From sequence record PV029745.1: 64,000 nt of DNA. One strand, given 5' to 3'. Below the pieces are notes generated by a model. That model did not search any database. It was not told the DNA's origin and worked only from the letters and a program-made list of their open reading frames with translations. A program made the translations under genes and the position numbers. Of this stretch, positions 1 to 9,652 are shown piece after piece (within the stretch, counting starts at the first letter, position 1; each line of letters begins with the position of its first letter).

Positions 1-2187
1 ATGGAACTTATTTTATTCCGCGATGATTGGGAGAAGTTCCCAACAGCAATAGCGGATACAAAAACGTCAAATAAAACATTCTTAAAATTAGCAGCTCTTT
101 ATAGAGATGAGCTTAAAATAGCAAACTGGAAATTCATTTTAGCATTACTCCAGCCTGATCTTCAGGGAGTAGATCCCTATGATCCAGATCTAGACGATGC
201 TACAAAAATGAAGATTGCCTTGGAGTGTAAATACAATCCTTGGTATTACTTCCGTGAAGTTGCCCGTGTCCCAGCGACATCTGGTAACGTCCCAAACCCT
301 TTCCGCGCTAACCGTGGTAACATTGCACTTTTCTGGTGCTTCTTTAACCACTTAGACTTTGGTCTGTTACAACCACGACAGACTGGTAAATCGGTTTCAA
401 CTGACATCTTGATGACGGGTATGATGTATATCTGGGGTGAGAACACCACGATCAACCTGATCACTAAAGATAATAAACTTCGAACAGCGAACATTGAACG
501 TCTAAAGGTAATGCGAGATCTATTACCTGATTACATTCACTGGGCTAATCCAAATGACGTGGACAATAATGAGCTGATGACGTGTATTCGTTTAGGTAAC
601 CGTTATAAGACCGCAGTTGGTCGTAACGATAAGATTGCTGCCGACAAACTTGGTCGTGGTCTTACAGTACCTATCATGCAGTTCGACGAATTTGCGTACA
701 TTAACTTGATTGAGATCTCTCTCCCTGTAGCCCTGGCCTCTGGTTCAGCAGCCCGTGCCGAAGCCAAGCGTCAAGGTCAACCATACGGAAACATCTTTAC
801 AACAACTGCTGGCAACATTACCACTCGCGATGGAGCATTTGCTTACAAGTTCATGACAGGTGGACATACCTGGTCTGAAACAATGTTCGATCTAGTGAAC
901 CAACGTATGGCAGTGTTGGTAATGGAGAAAGGATCCAAGGCTGATCAGAAACCTATCATCTACGGAGCTTTTAACCATAGGCAGTTAGGTCGTACAGATG
1001 AATGGTTGTTCCAGGAACTTAAAGAGTCTAGTTCTTTTGGCGAGATCGCTGACCGAGACTTCTTCAATATCTGGACTGTTGGTGGTGAAGGTTCTCCATT
1101 ATCACCCGAACATAAGAAGCAACTAAAATCATCTGAACGTGAACCAATTTGGACCGAGATCACGCCAGACGGTTACACCATTCGCTGGTATATCCCTAAA
1201 CATGAAGTTGACCAGAGAATGGCTGAAGGTCGCTTTATGATGGGCATGGACCCAAGTGAACTTCTAGGATCGGGTAATGACGCCACTGGTATGGTTATAT
1301 TCGATGTGGAGACACACGAAGTAGTAGCAGCTGGTTGTTATAATGAAACCTCTGTTCCTGTTATTGCTGCATTCGTCGGTAATCTATTAATTCGTTATCC
1401 GACGATTACATGGGTACCTGAACGTAAATCGATGGGCACTGCTCTCATTGACTTCGTTGTAATGCAACTGCATAAAGCTGGGATAGATCCGTTCCGCCGA
1501 ATCTTTAATAGAATCGTAGATGAACACACGGTACTAGAATCTGAGTTCCGTGATATTCAGACTCCGTTGTCTCAACGACCTGCTTCGTTCTATGATCGAT
1601 TCAAACGTTACTTTGGTTTCAACACCTCAGGTTCCGGTCGGTATTCTCGTAACAGCCTGTTCCTTGAAGCATTACCGAGTTCAATGGATTACGGTAGCCG
1701 GAGAATGGCGGATAAGACGCTGATTACAGAACTACTTGCTTTGACAATTAAGAATGGGCGAATTGACCACACTCGTGATAATCACGACGACATGGTAATT
1801 TCCATGCTGTTGGCGCACTGGGTATGTATTCGTGGACAGAACCTTTCTTATTACGGTATTAATCCAGCAACAATTTTCTCCCGTGCTGTTACTCGTGACG
1901 TAGAGTTAACTGCTCTGGAAAAATATCGTGAAGATAAAGAGAAGCAAAACAAAGGTGAGTTCGAGGACTTGATTACTCAGCTAAAAGGTGAGACAAATCC
2001 ATTCGTAATTACCAAGCTTGAGATGCGTCTTCGTAATCTTTCGAAGAGTATTAACATGGAAGAAACAACCGGTGTTGGTATCGACGCCATGTTGAAACAA
2101 GTACGTGATGATCGTGTTAGACGTGTCCGTACTTCTCGTTTCCAACAAGAACGTAGTTTCAATTCACTTGGATTCTATGGACGGTAA
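1..2187 (+). CDS. terL: Terminase large subunit, phiKZ-like
   Basis: 728 aa; Walker A PRQTGKS, Walker B MQFDEFAY, C-terminal RNase H-like nuclease residues (GMDPS, HDDMVIS). Confidence 0.92.
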   Translation: MELILFRDDWEKFPTAIADTKTSNKTFLKLAALYRDELKIANWKFILALLQPDLQGVDPYDPDLDDATKMKIALECKYNPWYYFREVARVPATSGNVPNPFRANRGNIALFWCFFNHLDFGLLQPRQTGKSVSTDILMTGMMYIWGENTTINLITKDNKLRTANIERLKVMRDLLPDYIHWANPNDVDNNELMTCIRLGNRYKTAVGRNDKIAADKLGRGLTVPIMQFDEFAYINLIEISLPVALASGSAARAEAKRQGQPYGNIFTTTAGNITTRDGAFAYKFMTGGHTWSETMFDLVNQRMAVLVMEKGSKADQKPIIYGAFNHRQLGRTDEWLFQELKESSSFGEIADRDFFNIWTVGGEGSPLSPEHKKQLKSSEREPIWTEITPDGYTIRWYIPKHEVDQRMAEGRFMMGMDPSELLGSGNDATGMVIFDVETHEVVAAGCYNETSVPVIAAFVGNLLIRYPTITWVPERKSMGTALIDFVVMQLHKAGIDPFRRIFNRIVDEHTVLESEFRDIQTPLSQRPASFYDRFKRYFGFNTSGSGRYSRNSLFLEALPSSMDYGSRRMADKTLITELLALTIKNGRIDHTRDNHDDMVISMLLAHWVCIRGQNLSYYGINPATIFSRAVTRDVELTALEKYREDKEKQNKGEFEDLITQLKGETNPFVITKLEMRLRNLSKSINMEETTGVGIDAMLKQVRDDRVRRVRTSRFQQERSFNSLGFYGR

Positions 2188-2194
2188 GTGACAA

Positions 2195-2227
2195 CATAAA
2201 AGCCTTCCCGTTGGGGAAGGCTTTATG
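2195..2227. terminator. Bidirectional intrinsic terminator between convergent genes
   Basis: CATAAAAGCCTTCCC-gttg-GGGAAGGCTTTATG inverted repeat with A-run before and T-run after. Confidence 0.8.
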
Positions 2228-2230
2228 CCG

Positions 2231-2725
2231 TTAAGCTCTTTGACCTAAAGAACATTGTTGTTCAAGTCGACGTTTCTCTTTCTTAACATTCGGTTTAGAG
2301 GGACGTGTAACAATTCGGTAACTATCCACACCTGCACGAATCAAACCACGGATAATTGGATTAACCTTAGATACTTTTAGCGCCTCATAGAAGATATGGT
2401 CTATCTCTTTTCGAGTTACCTTAACTTCTGTCTCTTTCCCATCTACCATCTGGAAGATAGTGTATGTCTCACAAAGCTTATCATGCAACGCTGCTGCCTG
2501 ACCATGCTTACCTAATCGAGGGATCAACCAACGTACTGGCCGTGGAATAGATGCACCATCTGTTAGGAAACATTTATTAACAACTGCGTATTTACCAGAG
2601 CCTTCACTTCCAATGTCATATTGAAAGGTCTCCATAATCCGCCAGTAGTCATCACCCAGAATAACAGATGCATCATCGTCATACTGGATAGACATCTTGG
2701 CATTAAACTTAGTATAGCTACTCAT
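2231..2725 (-). CDS. DUF1353-family protein
   Basis: FLTDGASIPR...AAALHD motif typical of DUF1353. Confidence 0.8.
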   Translation of the reverse strand: MSSYTKFNAKMSIQYDDDASVILGDDYWRIMETFQYDIGSEGSGKYAVVNKCFLTDGASIPRPVRWLIPRLGKHGQAAALHDKLCETYTIFQMVDGKETEVKVTRKEIDHIFYEALKVSKVNPIIRGLIRAGVDSYRIVTRPSKPNVKKEKRRLEQQCSLGQRA

Positions 2726-2756
2726 TTACAATCTCCGTTAACCACAGAGGATTGGG

Positions 2757-3278
2757 TTAACGTCTTGCCCAGTATTGCAAACTATATCCAAGACCTGGAT
2801 TACGGGGAGCGTTAGTTACACCTTTCTGACAGGAAATGAATCGCCATTTGATCGGATCAATGTATTCTTCAAACTTAGCAATTTCAGTTACGTCGTCGGA
2901 AGAACAATCAATGTCCATATCCACAACCGTGCGATAGAACTCACTGCAACGAGAGAGACCATCTTTAAATAGTCGTTCTCCACCAATGATAAAAACTTTC
3001 TTTTCATTTTGAGATAATTCCAATGCTTCATCTAGAGATTTAACATGGATATACCCATCACCTTTCAAATTGCCATTAGAAGATAGAACGTAGTTAGTAC
3101 GACCTGGAAGAGGTTTATTACCAAGAGACTCCCAGGTCTTTCGTCCCATTATAACCGCATGTCCCAAAGTCTTCTCTTTGAACCATTTAAAATCTTCAGG
3201 GATATGCCATGGGATATTTCCATTGATTCCAATAATGCCATTGGTAGACACAGCAAAAATCATTGCTAAAGTGGGCAT
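2757..3278 (-). CDS. folA: Dihydrofolate reductase
   Basis: IGINGNIPWHIPEDFKWFK, VIMGRKTW, PLPGRTN and FIIGG DHFR motifs. Confidence 0.96.
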   Translation of the reverse strand: MPTLAMIFAVSTNGIIGINGNIPWHIPEDFKWFKEKTLGHAVIMGRKTWESLGNKPLPGRTNYVLSSNGNLKGDGYIHVKSLDEALELSQNEKKVFIIGGERLFKDGLSRCSEFYRTVVDMDIDCSSDDVTEIAKFEEYIDPIKWRFISCQKGVTNAPRNPGLGYSLQYWARR

Positions 3279-3289
3279 GACTAACTCAC

Positions 3290-3871
3290 TTACTCTGCGA
3301 ACTTAACATTGAAAGAGAAGGGTGTCCAATGGAACGTATATTCCACATCAAAGGTACCACGGAAAACAGCACACTCCTCGTGTAGATTAGCGATGCAATG
3401 ACTCAAAGCAATCTGTTGTAGAATACTGAATTGATTAAGAGAGAACTCAAACTCTTTTTTACTAATCGTGGAAGACGGATCAAAGTCAGGATGTCCATCA
3501 ACTGTCGATTTATGTGCCAGCGTACCACGGAAAATAGCTTTATTACCAGTGGGAAGGACATCGATAAAATATTCGGTAATTACAAATCCTTTCTCTCCAA
3601 CTTCCTTAAGATCCTCTAGCAGATATTGCGTGATAAGGAATAGTTGTGGCGGGAGTTCGAGTGAAGGGTGCTTACCAGTGATGGTATCAATGAGGCTAGT
3701 GATTTGACTGAAATGAAGTGAATGAACAACACCGTCATTATCAAGAATAGAGAGTTCATGCGAAATCATCGTTTCGCTCTCACCCTCAGCTTGATGTTCA
3801 AAAATAAGACCTTTTGTGATCTTATCAAATTTATCCATGGTATCTACAAACGGGTAATTAACAGCGGTCAT
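3290..3871 (-). CDS. chmB: ChmB-like nuclear shell pore / capsid-docking protein (PA1C gp2 / 201phi2-1 gp2 family)
   Basis: 193 aa starting MTAVNYPFVDTMDKFDKITKGLIFEHQAEG, which I recall as near-identical to PA1C gp2. Position beside DHFR fits phiKZ-like gene order. Recall only; needs BLAST. Confidence 0.75.
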   Translation of the reverse strand: MTAVNYPFVDTMDKFDKITKGLIFEHQAEGESETMISHELSILDNDGVVHSLHFSQITSLIDTITGKHPSLELPPQLFLITQYLLEDLKEVGEKGFVITEYFIDVLPTGNKAIFRGTLAHKSTVDGHPDFDPSSTISKKEFEFSLNQFSILQQIALSHCIANLHEECAVFRGTFDVEYTFHWTPFSFNVKFAE

Positions 3872-4263
3872 TTCTTAACTCCATTGGTAACAACTTTTTC
3901 AAAGATCGCTTCAAATTCTTTTTTATGATGAAGCCTGTAACTCAGAATACGTTTCTTGTCATCCCGAATAAACTCAATATAGTCACCTGGACAAACAACA
4001 GCGGGACTATCATCAGTTCGAACTTTAAGGATCCCATGAAGGGCCATCTTACAGTTACAGTCAGGACAGATCATTCCACCTTGTACACTACCATGGCTAA
4101 TATGCCGTCCAACGATAGCCCCTTCGTTAATTCCATTAACGGTGCGGTCCATGGGATGGTCGCCATTTTTAAACCATTGGTGAGCTTCTACGAGTGGTAG
4201 AATAGCTTGATAATAAGGCATTTGTATTCTCCAGATTGAAATAAATAGCATATCCTTTTCCAT
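3868..4263 (-). CDS. Conserved phage protein with CxxC and CPGDYI motif
   Basis: EAHQWFKNGDHP, CPDC...HG...VCPGDYI; overlaps the chmB start (coupled). Confidence 0.7.
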   Translation of the reverse strand: MEKDMLFISIWRIQMPYYQAILPLVEAHQWFKNGDHPMDRTVNGINEGAIVGRHISHGSVQGGMICPDCNCKMALHGILKVRTDDSPAVVCPGDYIEFIRDDKKRILSYRLHHKKEFEAIFEKVVTNGVKK

Positions 4264-4418
4264 CTGAGTAGTTCTTCTTTTTTAGGTGTTGTATGGTATG
4301 CTGTTAGAAGATTTTAACTTATTTAAAACTAAATGATCGTAAAAATACTTGCGTGGTTTTAGTTATGTTAGAATTCATCAACTTACGTTTTACGCAATAA
4401 ACAACTGGAAAAATAGAG

Positions 4419-6704
4419 ATGATTGAAACTATTATCAAACTGGATGGCACTGAACAACCCTTCGATAACGAGAAAGCAAATGGATGGGGCGAGTGGGCAG
4501 CGGCACGTCTGGGCAACAAAGTTGACTGGGGTAGTATCGTACTAGGTGCTGTAAGCGGTAAGCCCAAAAAGGTTACATCTCAGGAGTTCCAGGGTTGGCT
4601 GATCGAAGAATGTCTTAATCGTAAGACCTGGTCGTATTACCTAATGGCTGGTCGTCTGTACGCAGTATTTCTGCGTAAGAAAATCTATGGACTGGACGGT
4701 ATTCCGACAGTAAAACAACTTCATGCCAAAATGCATGAAGATGGAGTAATGATCAAACTGGATTATAGCGATGATGAATATCAGGCTATCCAGGAGATGA
4801 TTGATCATGATCTTGATTTCAATTCCCCTCATTTCGCTCTCCACCATATCCGTGGTAAGTATTCCCTTCGTAATCGCGTGTCTGGGAAAGAGTATGAAAC
4901 TCAGCAGTTTACATACATGCGGATGGCAATGGCTCTTTCTGAGAAAGAACCTAAAGCTGAGCGGCTGGAACATGTGAAGAACTATTATGAATTGTTCTCT
5001 CAAAAACAATTGTCGGCGCCGACTCCTAACTACGTTAACCTTGGTACTGTACTGCGGGGCTTTGCTTCTTGCTGCCTCTTCGCTTCTGGCGACAACGGTA
5101 CTTCGTTGGCTATCGGAGACTACATCGCGAACATCATGACCCAGTCTTCGGCTGGTATTGGTGTAAACATCATGTCCCGTTCTGTTGGGGATCCTGTACG
5201 TAACGGTCTCATCGTTCACCAAGGTAAGAAACCTTACATCGATGTAATGGGTAAGGCTGTTCGAGCTAACCTGCAAAATGGTCGTGGCGGTGCTGTAACT
5301 AGCTTCTATAGTCTCTTTGATCCAGAAGCTGATATGATTTCCCAACTCCGTAACCCTCGCTCTACCGAAGACCGTAAGAATCGTGATCTTCACTATGCAG
5401 CAATGGGTAACGTTCTGTTCGCAGCTAAAGCAGCTAAGAATGAAAAGGTGTTCGTATTTAACCCGTATACTGCTCCTGACCTGTTCGAAGCCTTTTACGG
5501 TAAAGACCAAGCTAAGTTCAAAGAGCTCTATGAAAAGTATGAAGCTGATCCGAACTTTGCTAAGACCTACATCGATGCACGGGATCTTCTAAAAACGGTT
5601 CTTAACGAAGCCTATGAAACCGGTGTTGCGTATACTGCTCAAATCGATGAAATGAATCGCCATACCCCGTTCAAAGAACCGATTCATAGTTCGAACCTCT
5701 GTATGGAAATTGCTGAACCGACAAAACCTTACTATGACATGCGTGACCTCTATTCTGAGGAAGACCATGGTCGAGGTGAGATTGCTACCTGTTCGCTGGC
5801 GGCTATTGTTGTTGACAATATCCCAGATGCAGCAACTTATCGTAAAGCTGCTTATTATGCGCTGAAGATGATTGACTACTGTATTCTCAATGCAGAATAC
5901 GCCTTCCCTCACCTGGGTTTCACTGCTAAGCAGCGTATGAGCGCTGGTGTCGGTATCATGGGTCTTGCTACCCATATGGCCCGTGCAGGTCTAGCATATT
6001 CTTCCGAAGCTGGTAAGCGTGAAATGCACTTTGTTGCAGAACGGCATATGTATCACCTGATCGAGGCTTCCCTGCGTATCTCTAAAGAACGTGGTCTTGC
6101 TCCATGGATGCATAAGACTCTGTGGCCTGAAGGTTGGCTGCCTCTTGATACCTACAAGCGAAATGTAGATGAAATCGTACCTGGTGGGTTTGAGAACATT
6201 TATAACTGGGAGAAACTCCGTAAGGAAATTATTGCTAACGGTGGTATCGGTCACTCGGTGCTCGTTGCATATATGCCTGGTGAAGCATCCTCTAAAGCAG
6301 TAGGCGGTGCTAACTCGATCTATCCGGTTCGTCGTCTTGTTATTAACAAGTCGGACAATAACAACCTGATTAACTGGGCTGCACCGTTTGGTGATGATAA
6401 AGCGTACAAGTATGAACTTGCTTACGATATTCCAACTAAGGATATGATCGAAGCTTACGCTATCTTCCAGAAGTGGACTGACCAAGGTATTTCTGCTGAC
6501 CTGTATCGTCGGATTATCGGCGACGAGAAGATTAGCTCTAACGAAATGCTTCGCGACTACTTCTTGCAGGTTAAGCTTGGTATGAAGACTCGATACTACA
6601 TGAACACCGAGACTTCCGCTAATCTGTCGCTTGCTGCATTAGAATCCGCGTTTGAAAATAACGATGGTTCCAAAGGTTGCGCTGGTGGAGCTTGTACTCT
6701 GTAA
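4419..6704 (+). CDS. nrdA: Ribonucleotide reductase class Ia alpha subunit
   Basis: ATP-cone-like N-terminus, SCCL, SSNLCMEI active site, C-terminal CAGGAC cysteine pair. Confidence 0.96.
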   Translation: MIETIIKLDGTEQPFDNEKANGWGEWAAARLGNKVDWGSIVLGAVSGKPKKVTSQEFQGWLIEECLNRKTWSYYLMAGRLYAVFLRKKIYGLDGIPTVKQLHAKMHEDGVMIKLDYSDDEYQAIQEMIDHDLDFNSPHFALHHIRGKYSLRNRVSGKEYETQQFTYMRMAMALSEKEPKAERLEHVKNYYELFSQKQLSAPTPNYVNLGTVLRGFASCCLFASGDNGTSLAIGDYIANIMTQSSAGIGVNIMSRSVGDPVRNGLIVHQGKKPYIDVMGKAVRANLQNGRGGAVTSFYSLFDPEADMISQLRNPRSTEDRKNRDLHYAAMGNVLFAAKAAKNEKVFVFNPYTAPDLFEAFYGKDQAKFKELYEKYEADPNFAKTYIDARDLLKTVLNEAYETGVAYTAQIDEMNRHTPFKEPIHSSNLCMEIAEPTKPYYDMRDLYSEEDHGRGEIATCSLAAIVVDNIPDAATYRKAAYYALKMIDYCILNAEYAFPHLGFTAKQRMSAGVGIMGLATHMARAGLAYSSEAGKREMHFVAERHMYHLIEASLRISKERGLAPWMHKTLWPEGWLPLDTYKRNVDEIVPGGFENIYNWEKLRKEIIANGGIGHSVLVAYMPGEASSKAVGGANSIYPVRRLVINKSDNNNLINWAAPFGDDKAYKYELAYDIPTKDMIEAYAIFQKWTDQGISADLYRRIIGDEKISSNEMLRDYFLQVKLGMKTRYYMNTETSANLSLAALESAFENNDGSKGCAGGACTL

Positions 6705-6713
6705 CGACATATC

Positions 6714-6741
6714 GCCCTCTCCTAAAGGGGAGGGCTTTATG
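6714..6741 (+). terminator. Intrinsic terminator after nrdA
   Basis: GCCCTCTCC-taaa-GGGGAGGGC-TTTATG. Confidence 0.7.
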
Positions 6742-6833
6742 ATAACAAACATTAACATCACTTTAATAATTAGAAGAATTACTAACGTTCTATATCAAGT
6801 GTAAGTAATCTTGATATTAACAAGGAAACGAAA

Positions 6834-7991
6834 ATGACTGACAAGCTCCCCAAGAAAATCTTTAACGTAGAAAAGACTGACTATGACGTACCCGAAATCA
6901 TTCTTGGTCAAGAACCTGGCCTTCTAGATTCTATCCATACCCATTTCCCTGTACCCTGGTCTCTCTATAAACGTCTGCGTAAGCTTGACTGGGATGAACT
7001 GGAATTCGATTTCCAGCAATGCCTTATTGAATTCGAAACCTGTAATAAGTCGACTTACGACATGATGATCAAAACCCTTGCATGGCAATGGGAAGCTGAC
7101 TCTGTAGCTAGTCGAGCAATTGTGAATATTCTTGGTCCTGTAATGACTGACTCTAGGATTTGGACTGGTTATGTTCGAATCAATGATAACGAAGATGTTC
7201 ACGCCCTTACTTATTCCGAGATTGTCCGTGGTTCGTTTAAGAATCCGCGTGTTATTCTCGATGAAATCCTGCGCGTTGAAGAAGCACAGGAACGCATGGT
7301 TGCTGTTGCACGTGTAATGGGTGAAGCACACGATACATCTCACGCCTATGCATTGAAGCAAGTACCCAACAACCAGGAAACTTACAATAAGATCTTCATG
7401 TTCTTCATTGCACTTTATATGCTGGAACGTATTCAGTTCATGGCATCGTTTGCAGTGACTTTTGCTATTTGTAAAACTGGCCTGTTCCAACAAATCGGTG
7501 AAGCGGTTAAGAAGATCGCTCAAGATGAATTCGAGATCCATGCCCAATACGGACAAGAAGTCATCAAGGCCCTTCTGAAAACTGAACGTGGTATGACTGC
7601 TTATGAGCAATGCAAACCACAAATCGTTGAACTGTTCTGGGAAATCATTCGGACTGAAGTTACTTGGGTTAAATACCTGTTCTCCGAAGGTCGTAGCTTG
7701 GCTGGCGTTAACGCACAAAAACTGTTCCAATGGGTTCTGTTTAATGGTAACGCTGCTGGTACTTTCCTGAATATTATTCCGGAGACTCTGGAAAAGCATT
7801 CGGCAGAATACCTGGAACTTACTGGTGTTCCTCTGGAATTCCCTGAAGATAACCCACTGCCGTTCATGGTAGAATATCTCGACATTTCGGCAACTCAAGC
7901 CTCTCCACAAGAAGCAGAGAAAGGTGACTACATGGTTAACCTTCTTGACACCCGTGGTGAGAAAGACGAATTTGATGTGGATTTCCTGTAA
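6834..7991 (+). CDS. nrdB: Ribonucleotide reductase class Ia beta subunit
   Basis: WEADS, EDVHALTY, ERIQFMASF, QDEFEIH di-iron/tyrosyl motifs and SPQE C-terminal motif. Confidence 0.95.
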   Translation: MTDKLPKKIFNVEKTDYDVPEIILGQEPGLLDSIHTHFPVPWSLYKRLRKLDWDELEFDFQQCLIEFETCNKSTYDMMIKTLAWQWEADSVASRAIVNILGPVMTDSRIWTGYVRINDNEDVHALTYSEIVRGSFKNPRVILDEILRVEEAQERMVAVARVMGEAHDTSHAYALKQVPNNQETYNKIFMFFIALYMLERIQFMASFAVTFAICKTGLFQQIGEAVKKIAQDEFEIHAQYGQEVIKALLKTERGMTAYEQCKPQIVELFWEIIRTEVTWVKYLFSEGRSLAGVNAQKLFQWVLFNGNAAGTFLNIIPETLEKHSAEYLELTGVPLEFPEDNPLPFMVEYLDISATQASPQEAEKGDYMVNLLDTRGEKDEFDVDFL

Positions 7992-8404
7992 TGAAAAAGA
8001 TCACTCTTGCTGTAACTCTAATGTTCCCTCTAATTGCATTTGCAGCAGGGGAGATCAAATCTTCTACCACTGGTATCGTAAAGCAGTCTGAGTGTCAACT
8101 GGTTGCTAAAGATAACAGTATCGTTGGTGCAACTGTCGGTGGTACAGCAGGTGCAGTTGGCGGTGCAATGTTGGGTAGAGCTATCTTCGGTAAATCAGGC
8201 GGTTGGATTGGTGGTCTCGTTGGAGGCGCCGCTGGTGGTGCTGTCGGAAACGAGATAGGGGCTACTGAAACATTCCAGTGTAAGATGATTATCGAAGCTG
8301 ATGGAAAGCAACATCTGGTGCAAACTGTTGCTAACAAGAAACCAGAGGTCGGTAAAACGATTACAGTTCTTGAAATGGCAGATGGTACCCGAGAAGTAAT
8401 GTAA
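7991..8404 (+). CDS. Secreted glycine-zipper 2TM protein
   Basis: Signal peptide (PLIAFA) and GATVGGTAGAVGG...GGLVGGAAGGAVGNEIG glycine zipper. Confidence 0.8.
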   Translation: MKKITLAVTLMFPLIAFAAGEIKSSTTGIVKQSECQLVAKDNSIVGATVGGTAGAVGGAMLGRAIFGKSGGWIGGLVGGAAGGAVGNEIGATETFQCKMIIEADGKQHLVQTVANKKPEVGKTITVLEMADGTREVM

Positions 8405-8411
8405 ACATATA

Positions 8412-8435
8412 GCTCTCCTTCGGGAGGGCTTTATG
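8412..8435 (+). terminator. Intrinsic terminator with UUCG loop
   Basis: GCTCTCC-TTCG-GGAGGGC-TTTATG. Confidence 0.75.
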
Positions 8436-8461
8436 TTATGTCAATTCTAAAGGTAACAATC

Positions 8462-9190
8462 ATGCCTAACATTAACCTTTTGCTGCGATACGCGATATCA
8501 CTCGAAGCGGAAATGGATGACCTCATCAATCAGTTGTTTGATGAAGTTAACAATCCACGCGCGGATCGTCCTTACGATGTATGGGTAGAACCAGATACAG
8601 ATAACGTTATCCAACCACCAACCATAACTGAGCTTATTAATAATACGGACGATATGTGGACCTACTACAATCGCTCCGGAAGATCTAATGTAAAGAGTTA
8701 CAAATATGGTCCTGATTGGATGCTTGTAGAATTCGGTGGAGAGGTGTTTTATCTTTATACACTAAAAAGTATCACTGAAATACAACTACAGGACATGAAA
8801 TACTTCGCTGATGGCGGTGCTGGTTTGAACAGTTATATCAGCAAGGTTATCCGTGGTGGTTATGTAGCTAAAAATATTAATAATGAGATTATCCTAACTC
8901 CAGGTTTTGAAATGTATAAATCTGAAGGACCTATAATCTTCATTCATGTAAGAAACAAAAAAGAGGAAAAGAACATGTCTTCTCTTACTACCCTCACTGG
9001 ATATAAAGCTGCTATTGAAGCAGCAGGTATTGATGGACTTAGCCCAGACGCTCGCAAAGTGATGCAGATTGGACTAGCGCAAATTGATAAAGAACATAAT
9101 TTCACAAGTGTTTCTACTGAGAACTTCGATGAAGTAATAACTCTGGAAAATATCGAAGAGCGTATTGCTTTCGTTAGCGAAGAAGAATAA
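8462..9190 (+). CDS. Probable virion head protein with central KTSC-like domain
   Basis: Start chosen from AAGG SD. GRSNVKSY..G.DW..VEF...YLY...GAGLNSYI resembles KTSC-like domains; SLE/STE motifs present. Confidence 0.6.
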   Translation: MPNINLLLRYAISLEAEMDDLINQLFDEVNNPRADRPYDVWVEPDTDNVIQPPTITELINNTDDMWTYYNRSGRSNVKSYKYGPDWMLVEFGGEVFYLYTLKSITEIQLQDMKYFADGGAGLNSYISKVIRGGYVAKNINNEIILTPGFEMYKSEGPIIFIHVRNKKEEKNMSSLTTLTGYKAAIEAAGIDGLSPDARKVMQIGLAQIDKEHNFTSVSTENFDEVITLENIEERIAFVSEEE

Positions 9191-9350
9191 CTTACCAGCT
9201 ATGTAATGATATGTAGAGATGTCACTCCTCATCTTTACTAGGATCACAGCGCGCCGGAGCCAGCAACCCTTCCAGCTGGCTTCTAGGAAGTAAGACTCCC
9301 TGTTGTGATCCCCTCCTTTCAGTTGGTAAGTTGTATCTTTCTCCTTGTTG
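9191..9350 (+). ncRNA. Candidate structured ncRNA with anti-SD-like motifs
   Basis: ORF-free; nested helices 9191-9200/9321-9330, 9241-9250/9302-9311, 9256-9264/9275-9283; terminator at 9367. Confidence 0.5.
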
Positions 9351-9366
9351 TGTTGATGAGCATATC

Positions 9367-9389
9367 GCCTCCCACTGGGAGGCTTTATG
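9367..9389 (+). terminator. Intrinsic terminator
   Basis: GCCTCCC-act-GGGAGGC-TTTATG. Confidence 0.7.
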
Positions 9390-9429
9390 TTGAATAATAC
9401 TGAGGAGCCTCTATTTATAGAGAAGAAAT

Positions 9430-9515
9430 GCCCGGTTGGTGAAATTGGTAGTACACAAGAGACTTAAAATCTCTCGGCGAAAGCCGTGTCGGTTCGAGTC
9501 CGACACCGGGTACCA
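9430..9515 (+). tRNA. tRNA-Leu (anticodon TAA)
   Basis: GCCCGGT/ACCGGGT acceptor, AGAGA-CTTAAAA-TCTCT anticodon arm, long V arm, GGTTCGAGTCC, encoded CCA. Confidence 0.96.
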
Positions 9516-9521
9516 AATTTA

Positions 9522-9597
9522 CGGAGTGTAGCGCAGTTGGTAGCGCGCCTGCTTTGGGAGCAGGATGTCGGGAGTTCGAGTCTCTCCACTCCGACCA
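9522..9597 (+). tRNA. tRNA-Pro (anticodon TGG)
   Basis: CGGAGTG/CACTCCG acceptor, CCTGC-TTTGGGA-GCAGG, T loop, CCA. Confidence 0.96.
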
Positions 9598-9652
9598 TTT
9601 AAATATAAGCCCTCCGTTATGGAGGGTATTATATTGCATCGGGATAATAAAC

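Noticed and set aside
1-6704. Introns or inteins in terminase and nrdA, as seen in some jumbo phages
   Set aside because: Both read as single uninterrupted ORFs of normal length with no intein motifs.
4641-7910. Long antisense ORFs inside nrdA/nrdB (e.g. 289 aa, 328 aa)
   Set aside because: Shadow frames of highly biased coding sequence, with no SD or motifs. The same applies to most plus-strand ORFs between 21.8 and 64 kb, e.g. 61372-62241.
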